Source of the DNA: a virus
Reading direction: 5' to 3' (one strand)
Virus record (IMG/VR): IMGVR_UViG_3300045988_110028
DNA length: 41,239 bases
Made by a program: the position numbers and the translations under genes. The notes beneath the pieces are model-generated. The model was not told the origin of the DNA. It did no database searches and worked only from the letters and a program-made list of their open reading frames with translations. Positions 1-7,976 of the stretch are shown here, piece by piece (positions within the stretch are counted from its first letter, which is position 1; each line of letters begins with the position of its first letter).

Positions 1-55
1 TAATGAGCGCTTAGGCTGATTACTATTATCAGAATCAAGAATTTAATCATTGGTA
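1..55. repeat. Direct terminal repeat; left copy, identical to 41185-41239
   Basis: The first 55 nt (taatgagcgcttaggctgattactattatcagaatcaagaatttaatcattggta) match the last 55 nt of the window exactly. The repeat may be longer because the window cuts it off. Consistent with a circular assembly or terminal redundancy. Confidence 0.9.
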
Positions 56-226
56 ATACGCCTCCGTATTCACAATATAGCATAAAATAACCATGTTCAC
101 AAACGCAAAAAACTAAAAAAATATTTGCAAAAATACTTTACAGACGAATATAAAAGAGCTATTATATAGTTGTAGACGAAAATAGAAACACAAAGAAATG
201 GGTAAGCACAACAAGGAGAAAATACC

Positions 227-466
227 ATGACAATCAACGAAATGAACAAAACAGCACTGAATAAAGTTTTTGAAGCCTACCTGGATGCTTCGAGAGCCCT
301 TCGTAAAGGCCAGCTGGCCGACAGCGAGAGATACCACCGCCTGGCATTCACGATGGCGGAAGCCTATCAGGCCATCGGGCTGATGAGTTCCAGCGATAGC
401 CTGCACCTCGAAATCAAGGCCGAAAAACAGGCCATCAAGGAATGGCGCGAAGGCCGCCTTCAGTAG
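227..466 (+). CDS. hypothetical early protein (79 aa, predicted all-helical)
   Basis: ORF with strong RBS (acaaggagaaaatacc-ATG), followed by a hairpin element. Confidence 0.6.
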   Translation: MTINEMNKTALNKVFEAYLDASRALRKGQLADSERYHRLAFTMAEAYQAIGLMSSSDSLHLEIKAEKQAIKEWREGRLQ

Positions 467-475
467 AACAAGGAC

Positions 476-533
476 AAGAAGCCACCAGCCCGCCACACGG
501 CGGGCTTAGGGTGGTGAGGGGGTAAGGATACCC
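476..533 (+). repeat. Structured intergenic element A, related to 39994-40047
   Basis: Hairpin agcccgcc-acac-ggcgggct (487-506), then ggtgagggggta and a hairpin gggta-agga-taccc. Shares the blocks cagcccgccac, gcgggctt, ggtgagggggta and aaggataccc with the element downstream of the amidoligase gene. Confidence 0.55.
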
Positions 534-591
534 TGATGATCCACCTCGCCAGCAGTGGGCGAATAGCGGAAGGAGAAAGGGGGTGATACTG

Positions 592-759
592 ATGGAGACA
601 GAAAGAACAATCACGGAGCGTCGCACCTACTGGGAAAGCCTTGCAAGGAAGACTAGCCGCGTACACGTGACAGACTTTGAAATGGGCGTCCTTTATGGGA
701 TGTCCATGAAGGTCGACATCGAGCGTGCACAGAAGGAAAGCGAGAAAAGGGATGCTTGA
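592..759 (+). CDS. small hypothetical protein (55 aa)
   Basis: Below the ORF-track size cutoff. ATG at 592 is preceded by ggaaggagaaagggggtg. METERTITERRTYWESLARK...KESEKRDA, stop TGA at 757-759. Confidence 0.35.
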   Translation: METERTITERRTYWESLARKTSRVHVTDFEMGVLYGMSMKVDIERAQKESEKRDA

Positions 760-806
760 CTGGCATCACTCGAAAGAGTGATGAATGACAGCGAAAGGAG
801 GTCCAA

Positions 807-1163
807 ATGAAAGTATTGAAAGATTACATCCAGGCGCTTCATATCATGGACGAGAAACTGGACGAGCTTCGCAAGAGTCGCAAGAGATTATTCACCGAGG
901 CGGATGGAAAAGAAGCCACGGAGATTAGCGGGCAGGAGACCGCGATCATCCGCATCGCTGCGTACATTCGCCTCGCGATCAAGCACCATGGCTGCTTCGG
1001 TTCGAAAGACATGGCGTGTATCTATATATACGCCGACGACGCCAAAGAAGAAGCCAAAAAGTACTACAGTAATCCCAGAGTTACTTGGTTCGTGAAAGGT
1101 CTCGCCGAGGGCGCCGCATGGGCGTGCGTGGGGCTCGAAGCTAGGATGGAGGAGGAGCCATGA
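807..1163 (+). CDS. hypothetical protein (118 aa)
   Basis: RBS gaaaggaggtccaa-ATG. Stop overlaps the next start (ATGA). Confidence 0.65.
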   Translation: MKVLKDYIQALHIMDEKLDELRKSRKRLFTEADGKEATEISGQETAIIRIAAYIRLAIKHHGCFGSKDMACIYIYADDAKEEAKKYYSNPRVTWFVKGLAEGAAWACVGLEARMEEEP

Positions 1164-1522
1164 CGAACCGGGAAGAAATAGTCGGGAGCGTAGGCGTGTG
1201 GCCATTGAAGCTCCTGGCGAAGCGGTGGGTGTGTTCTGACGCAGCCATCCGCGACAGAGAAAAAGCCGGGCTCTTGAAGAGGTGCCGGGGAGTGCCCGGC
1301 GTATGCTATACCGCCGCATCCGTCGCAGAATGTGAGGGATGGGACGGGAACCAGAATCCCATGAGCCCGTTCGAGCGTCGCAAGCTCGAGACGCGGATTC
1401 GCGAGCTCGAGAAGCAGCTCGCTAGCTATGAGGACCAATTCTATTTCTTGGCCGATGCCCTGGAACGGGCAAGGACCAGTATCGAGAGAAGGGAGAAACA
1501 GCATGGAAAAGAACGCGCGTAA
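1160..1522 (+). CDS. putative excisionase-family / MerR-like HTH DNA-binding protein with coiled-coil C-terminus
   Basis: N-terminal segment WPLKLLAKRWVCSDAAIRDREKAGLL resembles Xis/MerR-type HTH. C-terminal ELEKQLASYEDQ looks coiled-coil. Functional call is weak. Confidence 0.35.
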   Translation: MTNREEIVGSVGVWPLKLLAKRWVCSDAAIRDREKAGLLKRCRGVPGVCYTAASVAECEGWDGNQNPMSPFERRKLETRIRELEKQLASYEDQFYFLADALERARTSIERREKQHGKERA

Positions 1523-1763
1523 GTATGCCGTAATATTTACGGTCGAGGAGACGGAGCCCCGTCGTTTGACGATCAAAATGAACGCAATTCCATTCCTCCG
1601 CACTTCCCATTGCCTATTGATTGCCGAATCCATCATGGAGCACCTTGCAAGAAACACCAACGTCCCGATCGAAACCGTACTGGCAGACTTCTGCAAGGTC
1701 ACCCTCGCCCGGAACGAAAGCGTCCGGGTAGTAGAGCAGCGGGACGTCTTGAAAGGAGACTAG
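1503..1763 (+). CDS. hypothetical protein (86 aa)
   Basis: Start chosen at MEKNARKYAV with RBS agaagggagaaacagc-ATG. The track ORF 1428-1763 would overlap the previous gene by 95 nt. Confidence 0.5.
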   Translation: MEKNARKYAVIFTVEETEPRRLTIKMNAIPFLRTSHCLLIAESIMEHLARNTNVPIETVLADFCKVTLARNESVRVVEQRDVLKGD

Positions 1764-1764
1764 T

Positions 1765-2055
1765 ATGAAAACATTTGGTGCAGCACTGTATGGGCTGGTA
1801 GCGGGAGTAAACATCCTGCTGGGAGCGTACATCCTCGCCACTCCGGCCCCGGAGAAGGAAATGGTGACGTATGAGGTCGAGGTCGAATCTGGGGATACGG
1901 TATACGACATCGTGTCCCGCATCGCGACCGCAGACGACGATGTGAACGAGCTTGCATGGCAGGTTCTTCAGGATAACCACATCGAGGACTGCGCCAATCT
2001 GCGGCCGGGAACGGTGCTCACCATCACCGTTCCCCGGATCATTTCGGACAAATGA
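1765..2055 (+). CDS. LysM-domain protein with N-terminal membrane anchor
   Basis: N-terminal hydrophobic segment AALYGLVAGVNILLGAYILA. LysM-like YEVEVESGDTVYDIVSRIA...NLRPGTVLTITVP. RBS gaaaggagactagt-ATG. Confidence 0.7.
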   Translation: MKTFGAALYGLVAGVNILLGAYILATPAPEKEMVTYEVEVESGDTVYDIVSRIATADDDVNELAWQVLQDNHIEDCANLRPGTVLTITVPRIISDK

Positions 2056-2057
2056 AA

Positions 2058-2088
2058 AGTGCCCGACTTGGCACAGTTCGGGCACTTT
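2058..2088 (+). terminator. rho-independent terminator-like hairpin
   Basis: 9-bp stem agtgcccga / tcgggcact with an 11-nt loop, followed by ttt. Sits right after the LysM gene stop. Confidence 0.55.
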
Positions 2089-2101
2089 CCATATAGATTT
2101 C

Positions 2102-2127
2102 GGGTAGCTCCAGTCTCGGAGCTACCC
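2102..2127 (+). terminator. second tandem hairpin (10-bp stem gggtagctcc/ggagctaccc)
   Basis: Perfect 10-bp stem with a 6-nt loop and no T tract. May act as a bidirectional or structural terminator or a processing site. Confidence 0.4.
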
Positions 2128-2157
2128 CTAGTATAACAGATTAGGAGGAAGAACACA

Positions 2158-3129
2158 ATGAAACCGACACTGATTTTGAGAGCAGACGCCCCGAGAGACG
2201 AATGGCTCAAGGTACGAACCCAAGGCATTGGCGGATCCGATTGCGGAACCGTGCTCGGATTGAACCCTTACAAGAGCGCCTATAGCCTGGCCGCAGAAAA
2301 AATCGGCATGATGGAGCCGGACGATCTTTCCGGCAATGAGAAGGTATGGTTCGGCACCCAGCTCGAGCCTGTCGTCGCCTCGCGCTTCGAGATGGTCACC
2401 GGGAAAAAGGTGCACAAGAGAGGAACCCTGCAGGATCCTGAGCACCCATACATGCTTGCAAATATCGACCGCTGGGTGGTCGGGGAGAATGCGGGTCTTG
2501 AAATCAAGACAGCAGACTATCATATGCGAGACGAATGGGGAGACCCTGACGATCCGAAGGATATCCGGGTGCCGGATTCGTATTATTGCCAGGTTCTCCA
2601 TTACATGGCAGTAACGGGCGCCGACTACTGGTATATCGCCGCCCTTATCGGAGGTAACGATTTCAGAGTGAAGCGCATCGAGAGAAACGAGGATGACATC
2701 GCCTATATCCGGGAAAAGGAAAAGGACTTCTGGGATCTTGTACAGGCGAAAAAACTGCCACCTCTGGATGCTACAAATTCGACAGCTTCCACACTGTTGA
2801 AGCTGCATAATTATTCAAACGGAGAGGCTATCGACCTCGGGCCGGATGCCTTGATGGCCATTCAGAATTACCAAGCATGCAAGCGCCGTGAGAAGGAGCT
2901 GAAAGAGGGAGAGCAGGAAGCTAAGAATCTCCTGATGTCGATCCTCGGCGATAACGAAGTCGGCACCGTCACCGATGGGGAAGGCAAGGTGCACAAAGTC
3001 ACATGGAAAAGCCAGACCCGCGAAAGTATCTCTGTGGCTAAGCTGAAGAAGCAGGATCCGGCAAGCTATGAAGCATTGAAGGCCATCGGCCTCATCACCA
3101 CCACCAGTACCCGCGTCATGCGGATTTAA
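2158..3129 (+). CDS. YqaJ-like viral recombinase exonuclease (lambda Exo-like PD-(D/E)xK)
   Basis: N-terminal WLKVRTQGIGGSDCGTVLGLNPYKSAYSLAAEKIG is the YqaJ signature. Paired with RecT immediately downstream. RBS attaggaggaagaacacaATG. Confidence 0.85.
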   Translation: MKPTLILRADAPRDEWLKVRTQGIGGSDCGTVLGLNPYKSAYSLAAEKIGMMEPDDLSGNEKVWFGTQLEPVVASRFEMVTGKKVHKRGTLQDPEHPYMLANIDRWVVGENAGLEIKTADYHMRDEWGDPDDPKDIRVPDSYYCQVLHYMAVTGADYWYIAALIGGNDFRVKRIERNEDDIAYIREKEKDFWDLVQAKKLPPLDATNSTASTLLKLHNYSNGEAIDLGPDALMAIQNYQACKRREKELKEGEQEAKNLLMSILGDNEVGTVTDGEGKVHKVTWKSQTRESISVAKLKKQDPASYEALKAIGLITTTSTRVMRI

Positions 3130-3151
3130 TTTTTCCAAGGAGGAAACAAAA

Positions 3152-4084
3152 ATGGATGCAAGAAAAGGACTCGTAGCTACAAGAAACGAAATGGCCGCGC
3201 AGCAGCAGGAACGGCCATCCATCCCGAAACTGCTGAACAACACGCTCGATAACAGCGGGTATAAGCGCCGCTTCGACGAGCTTCTCGGCAAGCGCGCACC
3301 ACAGTTCGTCAGCTCATTAGCCGCACTCATCAACAGCACCCCGCAGGTGCTTTCCATCTTCCAGAATAACCCGGTGGCGATCATCCAGTCCGCTCTGAAG
3401 GCGGCCGCCTATGACCTCCCCATCGAGCCGTCCCTCGGGTACGCCTACATCCTGCCCTTTGGGCAGACGGCGACCTTCGTACTCGGGTACAAGGGCATGG
3501 TACAGCTGGCGCTTCGCACTGGGCTTTACATGCGCCTCAATGCGGTCGACGTCAGGGAGGGGGAGCTTATCAGCTATGACCGCCTGACGGAAGACATCGA
3601 ATTCCGCTGGGAAGCAGACAACGCGAAGCGCGCGAAGATCCCGGTCATCGGATACGCTGCTTTCTATCGGCTGAAGAATGGCATGGAGAAGACACTCTTC
3701 ATGACAAAGGCGGAGATCGACGCCCACGAGCTCGCCAACCGGAAAGGGAGAAGCCAGAATCCGGTGTGGAGAAACCACTATGACGAGATGGCCAAGAAGA
3801 CAGTTCTTCGCCGCCTGCTCTCCAAGTGGGGCATCATGAGCATCAACTACCTTGAGGCTTCCCCGGCGGATCAGGAGGTCATGCGCAACATGGCCGAGGG
3901 CACCTTGGATGATACCGAGATGCCGCAGGAACGCACCATCGAAAATTCGCCGAATTTGGCCCCTGTGAGCCCCGCGGAGCCTGCGGAGGCTATCACTATA
4001 CCTTGGGAGCAGGGGAACGCACAGGAAGGCCAAAATCAGGCGGTTGCTGGCGAAGCTATGAATGGGGGCAGGGCAAATGACTGA
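3152..4084 (+). CDS. recT: RecT-family single-strand annealing recombinase
   Basis: RecT hallmark GYKGMVQLALRTG. Classic partner of the YqaJ exonuclease. RBS ccaaggaggaaacaaaaATG. Confidence 0.85.
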   Translation: MDARKGLVATRNEMAAQQQERPSIPKLLNNTLDNSGYKRRFDELLGKRAPQFVSSLAALINSTPQVLSIFQNNPVAIIQSALKAAAYDLPIEPSLGYAYILPFGQTATFVLGYKGMVQLALRTGLYMRLNAVDVREGELISYDRLTEDIEFRWEADNAKRAKIPVIGYAAFYRLKNGMEKTLFMTKAEIDAHELANRKGRSQNPVWRNHYDEMAKKTVLRRLLSKWGIMSINYLEASPADQEVMRNMAEGTLDDTEMPQERTIENSPNLAPVSPAEPAEAITIPWEQGNAQEGQNQAVAGEAMNGGRAND

Positions 4085-4469
4085 AGAGCAGGAAAACATG
4101 ATCAAGGCGAAGCTCGAAGAAATCGCTGCTGACATCCCCGCATTCAGGGGAGCCATCGTCGCCATCAGCACCGGTAATGCGAGCGAAGAAGGGGACGTGA
4201 CGGTATTTAAGAGCGCCGGCGGCAAGGAGATGGTGAATCTTTTCACCAATATCGCCGCGCAGGTGGCTATCGCCCTCGCGGCGGAGACCACGCCGGGAAA
4301 GGCAGTAGAACTCTTCCGGCGCTATGGAGATGACGCCAAGCTCGTACTCGCATACGGATTTCTGACTACAGTCCGGGCTGCCCTATCGAAAGACATTGCT
4401 GCCACGATGAGGAAGCAGCTGGATAAAGAACTGGAGGAGGTGATCGGCGGTGGAAACCATGTCTCCTGA
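4077..4469 (+). CDS. hypothetical protein (130 aa)
   Basis: ATG at 4077 overlaps the recT stop (ATGA). Ala-rich, helical. Confidence 0.55.
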   Translation: MTEEQENMIKAKLEEIAADIPAFRGAIVAISTGNASEEGDVTVFKSAGGKEMVNLFTNIAAQVAIALAAETTPGKAVELFRRYGDDAKLVLAYGFLTTVRAALSKDIAATMRKQLDKELEEVIGGGNHVS

Positions 4470-4824
4470 AAATCTCCTGCACACCAAGGGAGTCGTTGTC
4501 TATCTGGCGCACCCCTTCGGCGGCAGCTTCGAGAATCAGATCCTCGCACGGAATCTTGCCCGCTCGCTCACCAAGGAATACCCGGAGGCGACATTCATCA
4601 ATCCGCTCGATAACTTCATCTACATGGACCGTCGGAGCGAAGAAGAAATCCTGGCCGCCGAGAGATTCATCCTTGCCAAGTGCGAGCTGCTGCTCCTGAC
4701 CGGGCACTGGAGAGAAAGCCGCGGATGCCGCAGCGAGAAAAACTATGCAGAAACCCGAGGCATACATATTGCCCAGTTGAACGAAGACCGCACACTGCGC
4801 TGGGTTGGACAGGAGAAATCATGA
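4459..4824 (+). CDS. nucleoside 2-deoxyribosyltransferase-like (DUF4406-like) protein
   Basis: VVVYLAHPFGGSFENQ...ATFINPLD resembles the N-terminal motif of DUF4406 / nucleoside deoxyribosyltransferase-like phage proteins. Family assignment is from memory and not certain. Confidence 0.4.
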   Translation: MSPENLLHTKGVVVYLAHPFGGSFENQILARNLARSLTKEYPEATFINPLDNFIYMDRRSEEEILAAERFILAKCELLLLTGHWRESRGCRSEKNYAETRGIHIAQLNEDRTLRWVGQEKS

Positions 4825-5192
4825 CGAAAGAAGAAATGAACCGCCTCGTGGCGACAAAAATCAAAGAAATCAAGGCCCTGAATCCGGATCTGAATGCAGT
4901 GCTTCTCGCACTGCATGATGAGAACGGCAGCGTGGTTTGTGCAGCGGGGGATGATGTCGATGGACTTGCAAGCGCGTTCCTGGCTCTTGCCAGCTCAGTC
5001 GCCATCCCCTTCGTCAAACATTGCGACAAGGACCATGCAGCAAAGGTGAATGAGAACCCGAAGGATCCCGCGAACAAAACCACCTACCTGTTTCTGGTAC
5101 ACCTGACCGCCCTTGTCGCCAAGAACGCCGGGATCGACTGGAATACCCACGTTCGTATGGCCATGGACGCTGACGAAATGGGACTGAAATAG
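4821..5192 (+). CDS. hypothetical protein (123 aa)
   Basis: RBS aggaga-N5-ATG. ATGA overlap with the upstream stop. Confidence 0.55.
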   Translation: MTKEEMNRLVATKIKEIKALNPDLNAVLLALHDENGSVVCAAGDDVDGLASAFLALASSVAIPFVKHCDKDHAAKVNENPKDPANKTTYLFLVHLTALVAKNAGIDWNTHVRMAMDADEMGLK

Positions 5193-5200
5193 GAGGAACT

Positions 5201-5824
5201 ATGGAAGGATACATCAAGCTCTCCCGCCGCCTGTTTTCCTCGGACATTTGGTTCAAGCCGCCACTTTATCTGAAGGTTTGGATCTACCTGCTCCATCAGG
5301 CTGCATTCAAGCCATACAACGGGCTCGCTCGCGGGCAGCTTGTGACTTCCATACCAAAGATTCAGGAAGCGCTCAGCTATAAAGACGGGGCTATTACGCG
5401 CAAGCCGTCCTATGAGGAAATCCGGAGCGTGATTCGCTATATGCGGAAAAAGCCGACAAAATCTACGCTACCCACTCGCTGCCCATTTAGCGACCCATGC
5501 GGTGACCCAGATGAAACCCCGATGATTTCCACGCGAAAGATAACAGGCGGATTGCTAGTAACCATCGAAAAATATGGCGAGTATCAAGATGCGTTTGCAA
5601 ATGAGAATATCCAACCTCGTGACCCACATCGTGACCCACCTCGCGACCGCTACGCTGCCCAAATCTTTATAGATGAGAAGAAGGGAGAAGAAGGAAAGAA
5701 GAAATATCCTAATACCCTTAGTGTGAATAGTACCAGGAGCGGCGCAGATTTCGGCAGCGTTGAAAATTGGAAGGACAAGCCAAAGACGCCGGAGGACTTC
5801 TGGAATACAGGGAGGAAGAAATGA
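5201..5824 (+). CDS. phage replisome organizer / DnaD-like replication initiator (N-terminal domain)
   Basis: N-terminal MEGYIKLSRRLFSSDIWFK...KVWIYLL matches the phage replisome-organizer/DnaD-like HTH region. Has an internal P/D/H/R-rich linker encoded by tandem GTGACCCA repeats (iterons). Lies upstream of the DnaC-like loader. Confidence 0.65.
   Translation: MEGYIKLSRRLFSSDIWFKPPLYLKVWIYLLHQAAFKPYNGLARGQLVTSIPKIQEALSYKDGAITRKPSYEEIRSVIRYMRKKPTKSTLPTRCPFSDPCGDPDETPMISTRKITGGLLVTIEKYGEYQDAFANENIQPRDPHRDPPRDRYAAQIFIDEKKGEEGKKKYPNTLSVNSTRSGADFGSVENWKDKPKTPEDFWNTGRKK
5490..5654 (+). promoter_or_regulatory. putative origin iterons (G[T/C]GACCCA repeats) inside the initiator gene
   Basis: cgacccatgc-ggtgacccag at 5491-5510 and tandem 12-mers gtgacccacatc / gtgacccacctc / gcgaccgctacg at 5619-5654. 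Confidence 0.45.
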
Positions 5825-6552
5825 GCAAATTCAAAAACGTATTTCCTGCCAAGGATGAGGTGAAGAAAGCGCTGGCCGACTTCACCGCCGCTTGGAGCAG
5901 CGACTACCTGAAGGTGGATGATGAGAATTCAAAGCAGGTGGCGATCGCCAGAGCCATGAAAGCGCAGGAGAAGATCGCCCGCTCGGGGATCCCGAAGCGA
6001 TACCGCTGGTGTACCTTTCAAGCGATCGCAGAAAGAGGCGTACCGGCAAAACTGGCGGAGAATTTCGCAGTAGCGAAGGCGTATGCGATCGACCTTGAGA
6101 ATCAGCTGCAGGCAGGGCATGGCCTTCTGATGACAGGACCCTGTGGCCAGCTGAAGACGACGATGGCTTGCGCGATCGCGCTTGCAGCCATCAAGAAGCA
6201 CAAGTCGGTATTCTTCGTATCGATGCCGGAGCTCTTGACAAAACTTCTGCAGGATCCGCAGGATGGCACATTCCTCTCAAAGATCCGAGACAGGGATGTG
6301 GTCATCTTGGATGATCTCGGGATGGAGTACCAGTCGAAGAAGAGCGACTGGATGAAGGGACAGGTGGATGCCATCATTACCCATCGATACAACGAACTGA
6401 AGCCGACAATCATCACCACGAATCTGGACGCTGACCAGATCATCAAACGCTATGATACCCGTTTCTTCGACCGATTGCGGGATAGCTGCTACGCAGTGAT
6501 CTCCGGCGGGGAATCGGTCAGAGGGACGCTGAACACGGAGGAGACAGAATGA
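5821..6552 (+). CDS. DnaC/IstB-like AAA+ helicase loader
   Basis: LLMTGPCGQLKTT (Walker A-like, with L where the conserved G-before-K normally sits) and VVILDDLGMEY (Walker B). ATGA overlap with the upstream stop. Confidence 0.75.
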   Translation: MSKFKNVFPAKDEVKKALADFTAAWSSDYLKVDDENSKQVAIARAMKAQEKIARSGIPKRYRWCTFQAIAERGVPAKLAENFAVAKAYAIDLENQLQAGHGLLMTGPCGQLKTTMACAIALAAIKKHKSVFFVSMPELLTKLLQDPQDGTFLSKIRDRDVVILDDLGMEYQSKKSDWMKGQVDAIITHRYNELKPTIITTNLDADQIIKRYDTRFFDRLRDSCYAVISGGESVRGTLNTEETE

Positions 6553-7028
6553 ACGAATGCTATTGCATGGGGAACCTCGGACGCGATCCGGTGGTCAAGT
6601 GTACACAGACGGGCAAGACGTATGCCCGATTCTCGATCGGATGCAGTGAAAAATGGGGAGACAAGGAAATCACCAACTGGGTGAATGTGGTGTGCTGGGA
6701 CAATGTGGCGCAGGCTGTAGGTAACTATCTCGCAAAGGGCAAGCTGGTCATGGTCAAGGGCCGTTGGACATCCCGGAAGTACACGGATCAGAAGACCGGG
6801 GAGGTGAAGTACACCACCGAGCTGAATGCGCAGGTCGTATCGATCCCCATCGGACTGGGTAAGCAGTCAGCAGGAGAGCCCCAGACAAATCAGAACCCAT
6901 GCGGGGCTGCCGGGTTCAGTCAGTTTGGCAGCCCGGCGCAGCAGCAGGAGCAGCCAAGCATGTTCCCTGCGGGAAGCGGGCAGCTTTCCGGACAGGGGAT
7001 GCAGCCCCCGGATGACTACCCATTTTGA
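6549..7028 (+). CDS. ssb: single-stranded DNA-binding protein
   Basis: OB-fold SSB sequence (MGNLGRDP...ARFSIG...WVNVVCWDNVAQAVGNYLAKGKLVMVKGRW). Gly/Gln-rich tail ending DDYPF, the acidic SSB C-terminus. Confidence 0.85.
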   Translation: MNECYCMGNLGRDPVVKCTQTGKTYARFSIGCSEKWGDKEITNWVNVVCWDNVAQAVGNYLAKGKLVMVKGRWTSRKYTDQKTGEVKYTTELNAQVVSIPIGLGKQSAGEPQTNQNPCGAAGFSQFGSPAQQQEQPSMFPAGSGQLSGQGMQPPDDYPF

Positions 7029-7245
7029 CTGCAGAGCGCAAAATGCCATTGGCCGGATAGGGTAAAACGGCTGAGGATTGCGAATTTAGGCCCCAGGAGC
7101 CCGAGGAGGGGTGGCGGACGGGTAAGTTTATATCCGAAGGCCGCCAAGGCCTGTGAAGGCCGAAATTAGCGAAATTTGAATTCCAAGGTATTTAGAGCCT
7201 GACCGGTTGCGGGGCGGGAACGAATGATGGCAAGGCAAAGGTGAA

Positions 7246-7273
7246 TATTTATTCAATAACCATTGAATAAATA
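7246..7273. repeat. perfect palindrome tatttattcaat-aacc-attgaataaata
   Basis: 12-bp perfect inverted repeat arms with a 4-nt spacer inside the 300-bp noncoding region 7029-7329. Candidate operator or origin element. Confidence 0.8.
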
Positions 7274-7329
7274 GCCGCTCTAGCCAGGGTTCAGCCACTG
7301 TCCCGCGATGGTTAGGTGGATAGGAGGAA

Positions 7330-7464
7330 ATGGCAGGTATGGACATGGTATTGTTTGGAGCCGGGTGCATGATACTCGGCGGAGTGATCGGAGCGAGTGT
7401 CGGCTTGCTGATGTATGCGCTCTGCTACGTCGGAAAGAGAGGAGATCGTTATGACGGAGAGTGA
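7330..7464 (+). CDS. small hydrophobic membrane peptide (44 aa)
   Basis: RBS ggataggaggaa-ATG. MAGMDMVLFGAGCMILGGVIGASVGLLMYALCYVGKRGDRYDGE. Below the ORF-track cutoff. Confidence 0.4.
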   Translation: MAGMDMVLFGAGCMILGGVIGASVGLLMYALCYVGKRGDRYDGE

Positions 7465-7753
7465 ACTGAGAGAGTGGGAAGTCATCCGGTGCAAGTTGGA
7501 TATGCAGCGATGCAGGATCTTTCTAAAGGAATGGCCCAGGACCGTAAGGATCGTGTGGGAGAGAAAGACGCGCGAGGAGTCCTGGGGGATTTCACCCAAC
7601 CGGAAGCGCAACTGCCGTTGGCGCAAGCTGGTGCGTACGACTATGTGGTGGAATCGACGTAAGTGGGAAAAATGGAGGAAAGGGCAAATGAAAACATGGG
7701 AAGCGATTAAGGTGGCGGAAGAAGGGGAAAAAGATGAGAAATGCAGAATCTGA
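7451..7753 (+). CDS. hypothetical highly basic Trp/Arg/Lys-rich protein (100 aa)
   Basis: ATG at 7451 with RBS ggagatcgtt-ATG. Composition RKRNCRWRKLVRTTMWWNRRKWEKWRK suggests nucleic-acid binding. Confidence 0.45.
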   Translation: MTESELREWEVIRCKLDMQRCRIFLKEWPRTVRIVWERKTREESWGISPNRKRNCRWRKLVRTTMWWNRRKWEKWRKGQMKTWEAIKVAEEGEKDEKCRI

Positions 7754-7973
7754 AAGTTTTGAGGAAACATACAAGCATGTAAAAGGATATTTAAATCGAA
7801 CTGATACAGGTAACGCAATAGCCTTATTACATGATATGTGTGCTAACTGTGAACGTTGGAACGGGATTAAAGAGCATGACTACTCAGAGTGCAAAGACAT
7901 GGCTTGCTTTAAACTGTTTTTACGCGCTGAACATGACGAATGGTGTGCGAGTTTTGAAGGGGACGGCAGGTAA
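7734..7973 (+). CDS. hypothetical Cys-rich protein (79 aa, C-x2-C ... C ... C)
   Basis: AT-richer codon usage than its neighbours. CANCERW...CKDMAC...C is a possible zinc-binding fold. Confidence 0.45.
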   Translation: MRNAESESFEETYKHVKGYLNRTDTGNAIALLHDMCANCERWNGIKEHDYSECKDMACFKLFLRAEHDEWCASFEGDGR

Positions 7974-7976
7974 TGA

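Noticed and set aside
1-55. Terminal repeat as IS or transposon inverted repeat
   Set aside because: The two copies are in direct, not inverted, orientation, and a gene reads across the junction. The repeat fits a circular genome joined end to end.
3317-4291. 324-aa minus-strand ORF antisense to recT
   Set aside because: recT on the + strand has the family signature. The antisense ORF has no motif or RBS.
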